Of a stretch of 64,000 bases of DNA, positions 7,949 through 16,510 are shown one piece after another. Both the position numbers and the translations under genes were made by a program. The notes under the pieces were generated by a model. It saw nothing but the letters and a program-made list of their open reading frames with translations. It was not told where the DNA came from and ran no database searches. The DNA lies in contig CAXXIA010000001.1 in NCBI GenBank assembly GCA_963666985.2, forward strand, positions 1,312,001 to 1,376,000. Reading direction: 5' to 3'. This DNA comes from Spirochaetia bacterium (GTDB lineage Bacteria; Spirochaetota; Spirochaetia; DSM-2461). Every line of letters begins with the position of its first letter. Positions within the stretch are counted from its first letter, which is position 1.

Positions 7949-10739
7949 CGCCGCTCTCCTGTCCCAGTCCGTCCAGACGAAGGGTAATCAGCCGGGAAAC
8001 ACCCGACTCCTGCATGGTAACGCCCAATAAAGAGCGGGCGCCGGCCACCGTTTTTTTATTATGGGTAATCACGACGAACTGACCGTTCTCTCCGAACTCT
8101 CCGAGAAGATTCGTGAATCTCTGGATGTTGGCTTCATCCAGAGCCGCATCGATTTCGTCCAGGATGCAAAACGGCGACGGTTTCACCAAGAAGGTCGCAA
8201 ACATCAGCGCCACGCCGCAAAGAGACTTTTCACCTCCGGAAAGAAGCGAAATGTTCTCCAATTTCTTTCCGGGAGGCTGTGCGTAAATTTCCAAGCCTGA
8301 GTTGAGCGGATCTTCATGGTCGATAAGCTTGATTTCGGCCCGTCCTCCGCCAAAAAGCCGCCGGAACATCTCATGAAAATTCTCTCTGATTTCTTTATAT
8401 GTTTTTAAAAAGAGATCCGCGGACTCCCGCTTCATCTCCTCGGTGACTCGGCTCAAATCTTCGCGAGCTTTCCGCAGATCCTCGAGCTGATTTTTCAGAA
8501 AGTCATACCGCTCGGAAACTTCCGCGAATTCCTCGGGCGCCATCAGATTCACTTGTCCCAAACCCTTAAGTTCCGCTTTTGCGGCGCTTAGGCGATCCTT
8601 GATATCCTTGGGTTTCTCTTCAAGGGTTTCCTTCCTATCGGAAAATTCCGTTAAATCACGGGAATTGCGGTCCCGGAAGTCATCCAAAAGAACGCGGACT
8701 TCCTCGTCCACGTATTCCATTTCCAGCCGAACGCGTTCCAGTTCTATCTCCAGGGAACCGCGGCGTTCGGTAAGATCCTTTATTTTATCTTCCCGGCCGG
8801 CCATTTTTTCATTTTCGGAACTGATTCCCGATTCCAGACCGGCCATCTCGCCGCGAAGCTTCTCCCCATCCTTCTCAAGTTTTTCCCGCTCGGCAAGGAT
8901 GGCCTCTACCTGCCCGTCCAGATCCTTGATGCGTCCCTGTTCCTCGGCAATTTGACGGCGGATTTCCGAAAGCCGCAGTTCTTCCGCTTCGGCCTCGCGT
9001 GACAATGAGGTAAGAGAATCCTCGGCCGCGGCAACCTGCGTTACCGTTCTCGCTTGAGTTACGCGGAGTTCTTCGGAACTGTTTTTCGCCTTCTCCAGAG
9101 CCGTTTCCAGCGATGCCTTTTCTTCGGCGAGATTCACCAGTTTCGATCGGAAATCATGGATTCTTTCGGCGGAACCGATAATTCGCTCATCCAAATCGCG
9201 CTTCCGGGTGATAATGCCTTCGGGTGCGAGAAATTCTTCCAGGAAGAGCGCTCCCGTATCTTTATATTCGTTAAAAAGTTCGGAGATGCGATCAAGATTA
9301 TCCTTGATTCCGGAGAATCCTTTTGCGGCTCCTTCAAGAAGTTCCAAGGCTTTTGATCCGTCCGTCAGATTCTTTTGGTCATCAAGAAGTTTCGCTTTTC
9401 CTTCGGCGCGGATTCTGGCTTCGTTCAGAGATTCGGAAATGGAATTCTCCAATTCGCGGCGGGAGTTTTTGTCGTAGCCCGACTCCCGCAATCCCCTATC
9501 CAATTCCTTGACAATATCATCGGTAAGAGCGCGAAGATCCTCCTGAAGGGCTTCCCTCAGCTTTTCTTCCGCGGAAAGCGCCTGCTCCACGGAAAGAGTT
9601 TCATCGGCGATGCCCTTCATCCGGTCCTCGGCCGAGCCGATGGTTTTCTTCAAGGTGGCGATATTACCGTCGATTTCCTTCAGACGATCTTTAAAAGCCT
9701 CCAAATCGGATTGTCTGGCCCGGCGAAGTTCATTCAATCCCGACAAAGCTTCAAGAGCATTCTTTTCCCGCGTTTTCGCCGCTTCAATGACTTCTTCCGA
9801 TTCCTGCCGTCTCTCCCTGATTCTCCGGATTCGGTCTTCCTGATTTTCCTTCTCCAAATCCATGCCGTAAAGCTTCTTCTGACTCTCAATCAGACGGGTT
9901 TCCATCTTGTTGATGGCATCAAGCTCATCGGCAAGGGCCACTTTCATTTCGTCGATACGCTTTACGACATCATTGCGTTTTTCATCGGAAGATTTGAGCC
10001 GTTTTGCCTTTTTTTCCTTTGAATCCTCCAGATCTCTCCATTGCAGAAGCTTTAAATCTCTATCCAGTTCAAAGATGGATTCTTTTAGGCGGCGGTACTC
10101 AAGGGTTTTCTCGGTTTGTTTCCGCAGAGTTTCATAATTCCGACCGACTTCATGGAGGATATTCTCAACCTGCCCCATGTTCTCTTCGGTTTTAACGAGC
10201 TTTCTCTCCGCTTCGCCTCCCCGAGCTTTAAACTTCGTGATTCCCGCGGCTTCCTCGAAAAGATACCGCCGTTCTTCAGGCCGGTTTGAAAGAACTTGGT
10301 CGATCCGTCCCTGTTCCATAACCGAATACGCGGATTTTCCAACGCCCGTATCGAAAAAAAGCTCCCGAATCTCTTTAAGCCTGACCGGTGTGCCGTTCAG
10401 GTAATACTCACTGTCGCCCTCCCGAAAGATTCGCCTTCTAATGGCTATTTCCGGTCTGTCGATTTCAAGAATTCCGTTGTCGTTGGCAATGGTCAGCGTT
10501 ACTTCAGCGACATTGAGAGCCTTTCGACTCTCGGTTCCGCCGAAGATCACATCTTCCATTCTCTCGGCGCGCATATTCCGCACCGACTGTTCACCGAGAA
10601 CCCATTTCACCGCATCGACGATGTTGCTTTTACCGCAGCCGTTAGGACCAAGGAGCGCGGTAATCCCGTCGGTAAACTCTATGACGGTTTTGTCGGCAAA
10701 TGATTTAAATCCGAGGATTTCAATACGCTTGAGAAACAC
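7920..10739 (-). CDS. smc: Chromosome segregation protein SMC (short form, about 939 aa)
   Basis: GTG 10739 after GGGAGG. GFKSFA, Walker A GPNGCGKSN, Q-loop MEQG, signature LSGGEK, Walker B/D-loop ILDEIDAALD, VITH; long coiled coil. Confidence 0.95.
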   Translation of the reverse strand: MFLKRIEILGFKSFADKTVIEFTDGITALLGPNGCGKSNIVDAVKWVLGEQSVRNMRAERMEDVIFGGTESRKALNVAEVTLTIANDNGILEIDRPEIAIRRRIFREGDSEYYLNGTPVRLKEIRELFFDTGVGKSAYSVMEQGRIDQVLSNRPEERRYLFEEAAGITKFKARGGEAERKLVKTEENMGQVENILHEVGRNYETLRKQTEKTLEYRRLKESIFELDRDLKLLQWRDLEDSKEKKAKRLKSSDEKRNDVVKRIDEMKVALADELDAINKMETRLIESQKKLYGMDLEKENQEDRIRRIRERRQESEEVIEAAKTREKNALEALSGLNELRRARQSDLEAFKDRLKEIDGNIATLKKTIGSAEDRMKGIADETLSVEQALSAEEKLREALQEDLRALTDDIVKELDRGLRESGYDKNSRRELENSISESLNEARIRAEGKAKLLDDQKNLTDGSKALELLEGAAKGFSGIKDNLDRISELFNEYKDTGALFLEEFLAPEGIITRKRDLDERIIGSAERIHDFRSKLVNLAEEKASLETALEKAKNSSEELRVTQARTVTQVAAAEDSLTSLSREAEAEELRLSEIRRQIAEEQGRIKDLDGQVEAILAEREKLEKDGEKLRGEMAGLESGISSENEKMAGREDKIKDLTERRGSLEIELERVRLEMEYVDEEVRVLLDDFRDRNSRDLTEFSDRKETLEEKPKDIKDRLSAAKAELKGLGQVNLMAPEEFAEVSERYDFLKNQLEDLRKAREDLSRVTEEMKRESADLFLKTYKEIRENFHEMFRRLFGGGRAEIKLIDHEDPLNSGLEIYAQPPGKKLENISLLSGGEKSLCGVALMFATFLVKPSPFCILDEIDAALDEANIQRFTNLLGEFGENGQFVVITHNKKTVAGARSLLGVTMQESGVSRLITLRLDGLGQESGDEEPVAADR

Positions 10740-10821
10740 CTTCCCTCCCGTAGGGGTTATTATAGCCATGGCCCGACGCGGGAAACAACTCGTTCGGGCA
10801 CCGCTCACGCCCGCTTAATTC

Positions 10822-11892
10822 TTATTCATTCCATCCGGCCTTCAGTTCGACACGCCGATTAAGATCCTGCCGGAAGGGATTGTTCGTCGCGGGAACCGAG
10901 ACGCCGTATCCCTTGGCCGTTAAACGAACCGAAGGTTCGATACGCTCACCCAGATACGCCGCAACGGCCGATGCTCTGGCTTCGGAAAGAAGAAGCCGGC
11001 CCCGCTCGGTTCCGTAATCGGCGCAGTGCCCCCCGATATCAACGAAAAGATCGCCTTGAAGCTCCTTTGCGTAGTCATTCAGAAGAGATTTCGTCATCGG
11101 CGTTAATTCCGCGCTCTCGGCGGAAAAATACACCACCAGAGGAGAGGGAGGGAGGGGGGCCGTTTGATTCGGTTCTTTTTCCGTTTCTTCCGTATCGGAA
11201 GTTCGAAGATCTCTCTCGCCTTCGTTAATTGCAGTATCGGGTGATTCCTCCGGGCTTTGTTCTGTGTTCCGAACGCCGCCCGCATCTTCTTTCAAGCTCT
11301 TATCATTATTCTCCGCGGCGTAAGCGGTCCGCGTATCCTCTTCGCCGTTCGGCGCCGTATCGAAACTCCGTCCGCCGTCATCTTCCCGGATACGGTTCTT
11401 ACCGCTGTCGGCAGATTCGGTCTCCCGCGAGGTTTTGAAATCATCGGTTTCGCCGGTCGGCGAACCGGATGTTCTCGCCGAGAACAAACTCTTTTCCTGA
11501 AAAACAGGTAATAAAAAGTAAATCCCCGACGAAAGGAGAAGAAAAAGCATCATCGCCGCGATGAACTTAAGCACTCCGCCCGGTCCGGTTCTGACCTTAA
11601 TCGTTTCAATTGTTCGATCCGGTTTCCGAATCCGGATTTCCCATACGGAAAGAGAACGCCGATCGATCCGCAGGCTTATTTCCGCGGGCGATTCGTCGGT
11701 ACCCGCAAGACCTTCCAGCTTAACCGTTTTCTTGAGAATATGTTTTTTCCCGCGGAACGCATAAAACTCCAGACGGGCGGTGTTCTGACCGGCTTTGAGC
11801 GTCCGAAGCCGAACATTTTTCGACAAATCCGAAGTCCGTAAGTCGATACGGACAAATCGGCCGCCGTCGATGGCGATTCCAAGGGATTTCAT
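10822..11892 (-). CDS. Membrane protein: DnaK-SBD-like N-terminus, TM helix, acidic linker, OmpA-like peptidoglycan-binding domain
   Basis: C-terminal VYFSAESAEL, IGGHCADYG, LSEARASAVAAYL, GYG, LNRRVEL (OmpA_C). TM FIAAMMLFLLLSSGIYFLL. Confidence 0.8.
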   Translation of the reverse strand: MKSLGIAIDGGRFVRIDLRTSDLSKNVRLRTLKAGQNTARLEFYAFRGKKHILKKTVKLEGLAGTDESPAEISLRIDRRSLSVWEIRIRKPDRTIETIKVRTGPGGVLKFIAAMMLFLLLSSGIYFLLPVFQEKSLFSARTSGSPTGETDDFKTSRETESADSGKNRIREDDGGRSFDTAPNGEEDTRTAYAAENNDKSLKEDAGGVRNTEQSPEESPDTAINEGERDLRTSDTEETEKEPNQTAPLPPSPLVVYFSAESAELTPMTKSLLNDYAKELQGDLFVDIGGHCADYGTERGRLLLSEARASAVAAYLGERIEPSVRLTAKGYGVSVPATNNPFRQDLNRRVELKAGWNE

Positions 11893-11934
11893 GTGGTTTA
11901 TTATACGACACTTCAAGAGAAAGTGCCGATTCGG

Positions 11935-12375
11935 CTACCTGGACTCCATCATCGATACGGCTTTTCCCATTTCTTCGCGGAAAGCGTTTATGGAACCTAC
12001 AGAAACAAAGACGGACTCCCGGTGCATCCCTGAGGCATCTTCCCTCTTTTCAATAATCTGCATCGCCGGCTTGCCTTTAAAGCTCTTCCTGATAATGTAT
12101 TCCCGCCGGCCGCCGCCGACGGAAAATTTTCGTTCGGTCTCCGAACGGTGTTCTTTAATATCTTTGATACAGCCGTCAAGCGATTTGATGAATTTTTCAA
12201 GATTTTCAGCAAAAACCACGATTGAAGATCGTACGAATCCTCTGTCGGTCTTGCGGCTCTCGACAATGTTCAAATATGTATCGCCATATCGGTTTTCTTT
12301 AATATTGAAGAAAAAAGTTTTCTGTCCCTCGTCGACGAACAATCTCGTACTGAAAATTTCGCCCCTTTGGCCCAT
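11935..12375 (-). CDS. PUR-family nucleic-acid-binding protein (BpuR-like) with two PUR repeats
   Basis: MGQRGEIFS...KTFFFNIKENRYGDTYLNIVESR...RSSIVVFAENL matches the spirochaete PUR signature; a second similar repeat follows. Confidence 0.85.
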   Translation of the reverse strand: MGQRGEIFSTRLFVDEGQKTFFFNIKENRYGDTYLNIVESRKTDRGFVRSSIVVFAENLEKFIKSLDGCIKDIKEHRSETERKFSVGGGRREYIIRKSFKGKPAMQIIEKREDASGMHRESVFVSVGSINAFREEMGKAVSMMESR

Positions 12376-12407
12376 ACGGCCCCCTTTTTATCCTGAACGT
12401 GGCGAGA

Positions 12408-12436
12408 ATACTATCGATCCGTTCATCGGGACGCAA
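12408..12436 (-). promoter_or_regulatory. Candidate sigma70 promoter for the PUR gene
   Basis: Minus strand TTGCGT-N17-TAGTAT. Confidence 0.4.
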
Positions 12437-12541
12437 GAGGGAAAAACTCGGACTCGATTCTGAAAGCTCAATCGCTCAAGAGAAATCCGTTCTCAGGTCT
12501 CTTTCCCCGGAATCGGCGACAATTCAGAATGGGGAAAATCA

Positions 12542-14227
12542 TCAGCCGACAAAGCGTTTTGCGGCCAATTCCTCGATTTTGTCGATTTGCTCCGTTATGA
12601 AGGAAAAGCATTCGGGAAAACGGCTTCCGGAATCACGAAGCGATCGAATTTGATTCTCAAACTCATCCCTGTATTTCTTATGAGCCATTTTTTTCAGAAT
12701 ACGCGGGATTTCCTTCACGATATCCCGGCAATCATTGGGATTGCGGAGCCAAACTTCCTTCAGTACATCGAGTTCTTCGCTTCTGCTAGTGCAGATCGCT
12801 TCATCAAGAAAATCGGAAAAGACACGAAGATCGTCGCAGGAGAGTTCCTCCAGATTCGGGAGTGAAACAATGCGTACGAAATGACGCATTTCCACGTTAA
12901 AGATTCCCCCGGGAAGATCGAGGCTCCAGAAGGAATCCTCAAATCGACCGAGAGACGCCAAACGCCGCGGATGAAAAAAGCCGGAGGACTGAAGCTGAAT
13001 TTTTCGCTCAAGAAGGATGCGGTCCACATCCAGCCGATTTCGCTTTTTCGTACGCCTGCCCTTTTCTACAATAAGGACGAATTCAATATTTCGATCTTTC
13101 CTTCCGACGCTTTGTCTTCCTCCTCGATACGTCGGATAAGGATTTGCTTCGAGTTTCAGCCTTCCGTAGTCTTCGCAAAGGGAACGAAGTTTATCAAAGG
13201 GTATAATCCCGTCCGTGCTGTAGCTGACCAAGAGCAGAGGAGCCTGAAGACCGTCCAAAAGAGCGGCCAGCGCCGTTTCCGCCGTCCGGCGGATGCAGTA
13301 ATCCGATCGGGTTACGGACCAGTCGCGGCGGATTCCCGCCTTCCGCTTCAGAGTTCCGTCCGCTCCAAGTTCCAGAGGTTCGGGGAGATGATCCCACTTC
13401 ACCAATGTGTTCAAAAGATGATAGTTGCTGCCGTATTGGTGCTGATTGTAAGGAGGATCAAGATAGACGATATCGGCATCGGAAACGAGGCCTTCGGAAA
13501 CCAAATCAGCCGCGTCACGGCAATAGACTTTCCCGGGAGGCGCCTCGATCACCCGGGGAGCCTTAAACTCAATCGGACGCATTATTCGTGAAAGAGCGTC
13601 CTTTCCATGCCCCCCGAAACCTTTGTGAAAGGCCTTGAACACGCCGGAAGTATTAACATGGGTTGCGGCGGCGTAAATGACCGGCGCGAGCAAGAGGGAA
13701 CGGCGTAAATCCTCGTCGGATTCCGCTTGTCCCGATGCCGCGGCGAGTTCAATCCAATTTCGTGCGGCATCCAGCTTCAGAGCGTTCTCCCTGGTGTAGA
13801 ACAGCCGCTCCGTTCTGTAATCGGCCTTCAGGGGATCGGAGGAAGAAGGAGCGTAATAACGGGCCAGATACTCTTCGTTTTCCGCCGGAGACGGCAGGTG
13901 ATTCAGCTTTTCCACGGCGGCTTCCAGGGCATCGGAATCACCAAAAAGCCGAACAATGTCGGCCGGAACAGGCTCAAGCCAGGCTTTGGCCAGAACACGG
14001 GCGTAAGGCTCCCAGTCGTTGGCCGTCACTCTCATTCCCAAACGGCGCGCGTACCGGGACACAATCCCGCTGCCGCTGAACGGATCGGCGAACCGGAGAC
14101 CTTCCAAAGGACCTCCGGCCGCTTTCCTCAGCGCATCTCCAATCAGCCTTAAAAGACGCCTTTTGTTGCCTATATAGGCAATGATTCCCTCACTGAGATA
14201 CGGATCGCCGCTACGATTCTCCATCAT
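12542..14227 (-). CDS. N6-adenine DNA methyltransferase (D12 class) with C-terminal extension
   Basis: YIGNKRRLL, DPFSGSG (SAM binding), ANDWE, YLDPPYNQHQYGSNYHLL (catalytic). Start ATG at 14227 or 14224 overlaps the upstream gene. Confidence 0.9.
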   Translation of the reverse strand: MMENRSGDPYLSEGIIAYIGNKRRLLRLIGDALRKAAGGPLEGLRFADPFSGSGIVSRYARRLGMRVTANDWEPYARVLAKAWLEPVPADIVRLFGDSDALEAAVEKLNHLPSPAENEEYLARYYAPSSSDPLKADYRTERLFYTRENALKLDAARNWIELAAASGQAESDEDLRRSLLLAPVIYAAATHVNTSGVFKAFHKGFGGHGKDALSRIMRPIEFKAPRVIEAPPGKVYCRDAADLVSEGLVSDADIVYLDPPYNQHQYGSNYHLLNTLVKWDHLPEPLELGADGTLKRKAGIRRDWSVTRSDYCIRRTAETALAALLDGLQAPLLLVSYSTDGIIPFDKLRSLCEDYGRLKLEANPYPTYRGGRQSVGRKDRNIEFVLIVEKGRRTKKRNRLDVDRILLERKIQLQSSGFFHPRRLASLGRFEDSFWSLDLPGGIFNVEMRHFVRIVSLPNLEELSCDDLRVFSDFLDEAICTSRSEELDVLKEVWLRNPNDCRDIVKEIPRILKKMAHKKYRDEFENQIRSLRDSGSRFPECFSFITEQIDKIEELAAKRFVG

Positions 14228-15641
14228 CGAAAACAATCAGCTCATTTCCCGCCCTGATAACATCACCGTTTTCAAGGACTGTTGCATTATTCAGTTTTTG
14301 ATTATTAACCGTTACCCCTTTATCGGAAAAGACGCGCCATTTCCCGTTCCGGTCTTTCTCGACGATAATCGTTTCTCCTGACATTTTTCCGGAACCTTGA
14401 GTTTCATGCATCATCGTCGTTGCCGCTCCTCCGCTTCCGGGTTCAATAATCGTCCGTCCCCCCGAAAGAGCCACCGTCGCGGCTCCTCCGCCCTCGGGAC
14501 GCAGCCTTTCGAGGGATGGAACCTCATTCTTTCCCGCAGCCTTGGCGCGCCAAAGAAGAACGATCACGAGAATCGACAAAGGAATCGCCGTCAGCGAAAG
14601 CAAGGCGTCTTTTCGCGACGAAGGCGCTCCGAAAACAACCGGAGAAGGAAACGACAATTCGGATCCGGCGCTTCCGTCCGCCGATTCGACGCGGATTTTA
14701 GTCTCCGGTGCTCCCGTGGGAGTCGGACGAAAACCCAGTTTATACTCGGCCAAAACCCTTTCCCGAATGGTCGCATAAAGCCCGGAGAGCTCTTCTTCGC
14801 CTTCGACATCGAATACGATTCCGCCTGTGGCATGAGCGATACGGGCCAAATCTTCATCCCGATTCGGACCGAACCGTACGGCATACAGGGTTATTCCCTC
14901 GTTTCGAAGCGCTTCCAGAGCATCGTCCGCGTTAAAAACCTCTTCACCATACTCAGGATGAGGATTTCCGGTTCTCACCGAATACGGATAATTCTCGCCG
15001 TCGGAAAACAAGATAACGATGCGTCTGCCGCGTTCTTTCGATAAAGTCGATGAGGCCTCGACAACGGCCGCGTAGAGCTCCGTAAAGGCCTCCTGCTCCT
15101 GCGGAGGAGAGGATATGCCCAGACGTTCCATCAATGAGGCTCTATCGGTTCTGGGGCCCGCCAGCAGCTTATAGCGGGTTCCGAAAACCGCCAAGCCGGC
15201 TCTGTCCATGGACGTTCCCAATTCATCAAGGAAATTTCCGGCCTCACGCCTGGCCATGGCGGCCCGGGTTCTATCGGGCCGAGGCGAGGGGCGCCCGAGA
15301 GCATCGTCGTACATGCTCCCCGAATCGTCGATGAGCATCATGAACGCGATTCCTTCCCGTCTTTCACCGGCGGCCGAGAACCGCGCGATGGGAAGCCCCT
15401 CGCCGAATTCTTCACCGACAGGCGCCTGTCGAACTTTGAAATCGTCCGCCTGCAAACCCTCTACGGGCATGCCTTTTCCATCGGTAACGACGACATACAA
15501 ATCCACCATTCCCCGCACGGGCAGAAAACGGGAATCGATACCGCTTAAGGCGACATCGTCGGCAAACATCGCAGCCGGTATCAACACCGACAAAACCGAT
15601 ATCGCGAAAACGGCGGCCGGAAAGGTAAAAACGTTCTTCAT
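14211..15641 (-). CDS. vWA-domain membrane protein with C-terminal FHA-like domain
   Basis: Signal peptide; MIDAS LIDDSGSM, T in FTELY, LFSDGEN; TM LLSLTAIPLSILVIVLLW; C-terminal GVTVNN...LENGDVIRAG. Confidence 0.85.
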   Translation of the reverse strand: MKNVFTFPAAVFAISVLSVLIPAAMFADDVALSGIDSRFLPVRGMVDLYVVVTDGKGMPVEGLQADDFKVRQAPVGEEFGEGLPIARFSAAGERREGIAFMMLIDDSGSMYDDALGRPSPRPDRTRAAMARREAGNFLDELGTSMDRAGLAVFGTRYKLLAGPRTDRASLMERLGISSPPQEQEAFTELYAAVVEASSTLSKERGRRIVILFSDGENYPYSVRTGNPHPEYGEEVFNADDALEALRNEGITLYAVRFGPNRDEDLARIAHATGGIVFDVEGEEELSGLYATIRERVLAEYKLGFRPTPTGAPETKIRVESADGSAGSELSFPSPVVFGAPSSRKDALLSLTAIPLSILVIVLLWRAKAAGKNEVPSLERLRPEGGGAATVALSGGRTIIEPGSGGAATTMMHETQGSGKMSGETIIVEKDRNGKWRVFSDKGVTVNNQKLNNATVLENGDVIRAGNELIVFDDGES

Positions 15642-16510
15642 CGCTTTGCCTCGTAAATAAGCGTGGTTTCGCCGACTTTTACAACATCGTCGTATCGCAG
15701 TTCCGTTCTTTCGGCCGTCTCGCCGTTCACAACGACGGTTGCTCCGGCCTTCGGACTGATGGCGACGGTTCCGCCCTTCAGCGAGACTCTGGCCGCATCG
15801 GAGGCTCCGTTCCGCTCCGCATTACCCGTACCGAAGGCAACGGTCATGTTTCGCTGATTCACGGGAAAAGATCGGCCTTTTAAGGGACCCGTGAGAACCG
15901 TTAATCGCCCCCTGGCGCGCCTGCTTTCCATTCTGTCCGCCAAATAAGCGACGGCGAGCCCCCAGAGCAGAAGACCTGCGGCCCTCCCGAAAAATCGTAC
16001 CGTAAGCGCCGTCAGCGCTTCGGCGGCGATTCCCCCGATCAGTCCGCCGATGAATCCCCCGAACGCGCCTGCCGAGATGCGCCGTAAAGACAAAGACCGC
16101 ATCCCCGAAGCCGCTCCCACGGCGGTTCCCAAAACGATCCAGCCCGGTATCCGGGCAAGCGCCGCTCCCCTTTCGGCCAGCGGGAGGCCTCCTATGGCTG
16201 CCGATTCGGCCGCCAGGGAAAGAATAAGCTGTCCAAGGGCCATTCCCACCGCTCCGAATACGGCGCCCAGCGCCGCACCGATTCCCGCCGCCGAGGCCGC
16301 CTTGCCGGGCAGCCCCTGCCTCATTCCCTCGGCCGTCGGCGCGACGGCCCCGAGAAGCAATCCCGCGACGGCGCCCAATGTCAGCGAAAGGGCTCTGATA
16401 TCGGAAAACCTCGCGGCGTTCCAAAGGACAAACTCCACGCCCATCCACGCAAGCGCGCCGCCGGCCAAACCGGTCAGTATGGAATAGAGCGATGCTCGGG
16501 ATTCATTCAT
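15638..16510 (-). CDS. Gly/Ala-rich multi-pass membrane protein with C-terminal FHA-like domain
   Basis: About six Gly-rich TM helices, then LTVLTGPLKGRSFPV...VVVNG...ELRYDDVVKVGET. Confidence 0.8.
   Translation of the reverse strand: MNESRASLYSILTGLAGGALAWMGVEFVLWNAARFSDIRALSLTLGAVAGLLLGAVAPTAEGMRQGLPGKAASAAGIGAALGAVFGAVGMALGQLILSLAAESAAIGGLPLAERGAALARIPGWIVLGTAVGAASGMRSLSLRRISAGAFGGFIGGLIGGIAAEALTALTVRFFGRAAGLLLWGLAVAYLADRMESRRARGRLTVLTGPLKGRSFPVNQRNMTVAFGTGNAERNGASDAARVSLKGGTVAISPKAGATVVVNGETAERTELRYDDVVKVGETTLIYEAKR

Noticed and set aside
10740..10808. N-terminal extensions in the ORF track (smc, SpsF, spiro-SPASM, histidine kinase, holB, dsbD, TPR protein)
   Set aside because: Downstream starts with RBS, stop-start overlap or family-typical N-termini fit better.
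11140..11160. G-rich tract as a G-quadruplex or regulatory element
   Set aside because: Explained by Pro codons (APLPPSP) on the minus strand.
12542..14227. Complete restriction-modification system
   Set aside because: No adjacent endonuclease or specificity gene is recognisable; treated as an orphan methyltransferase.
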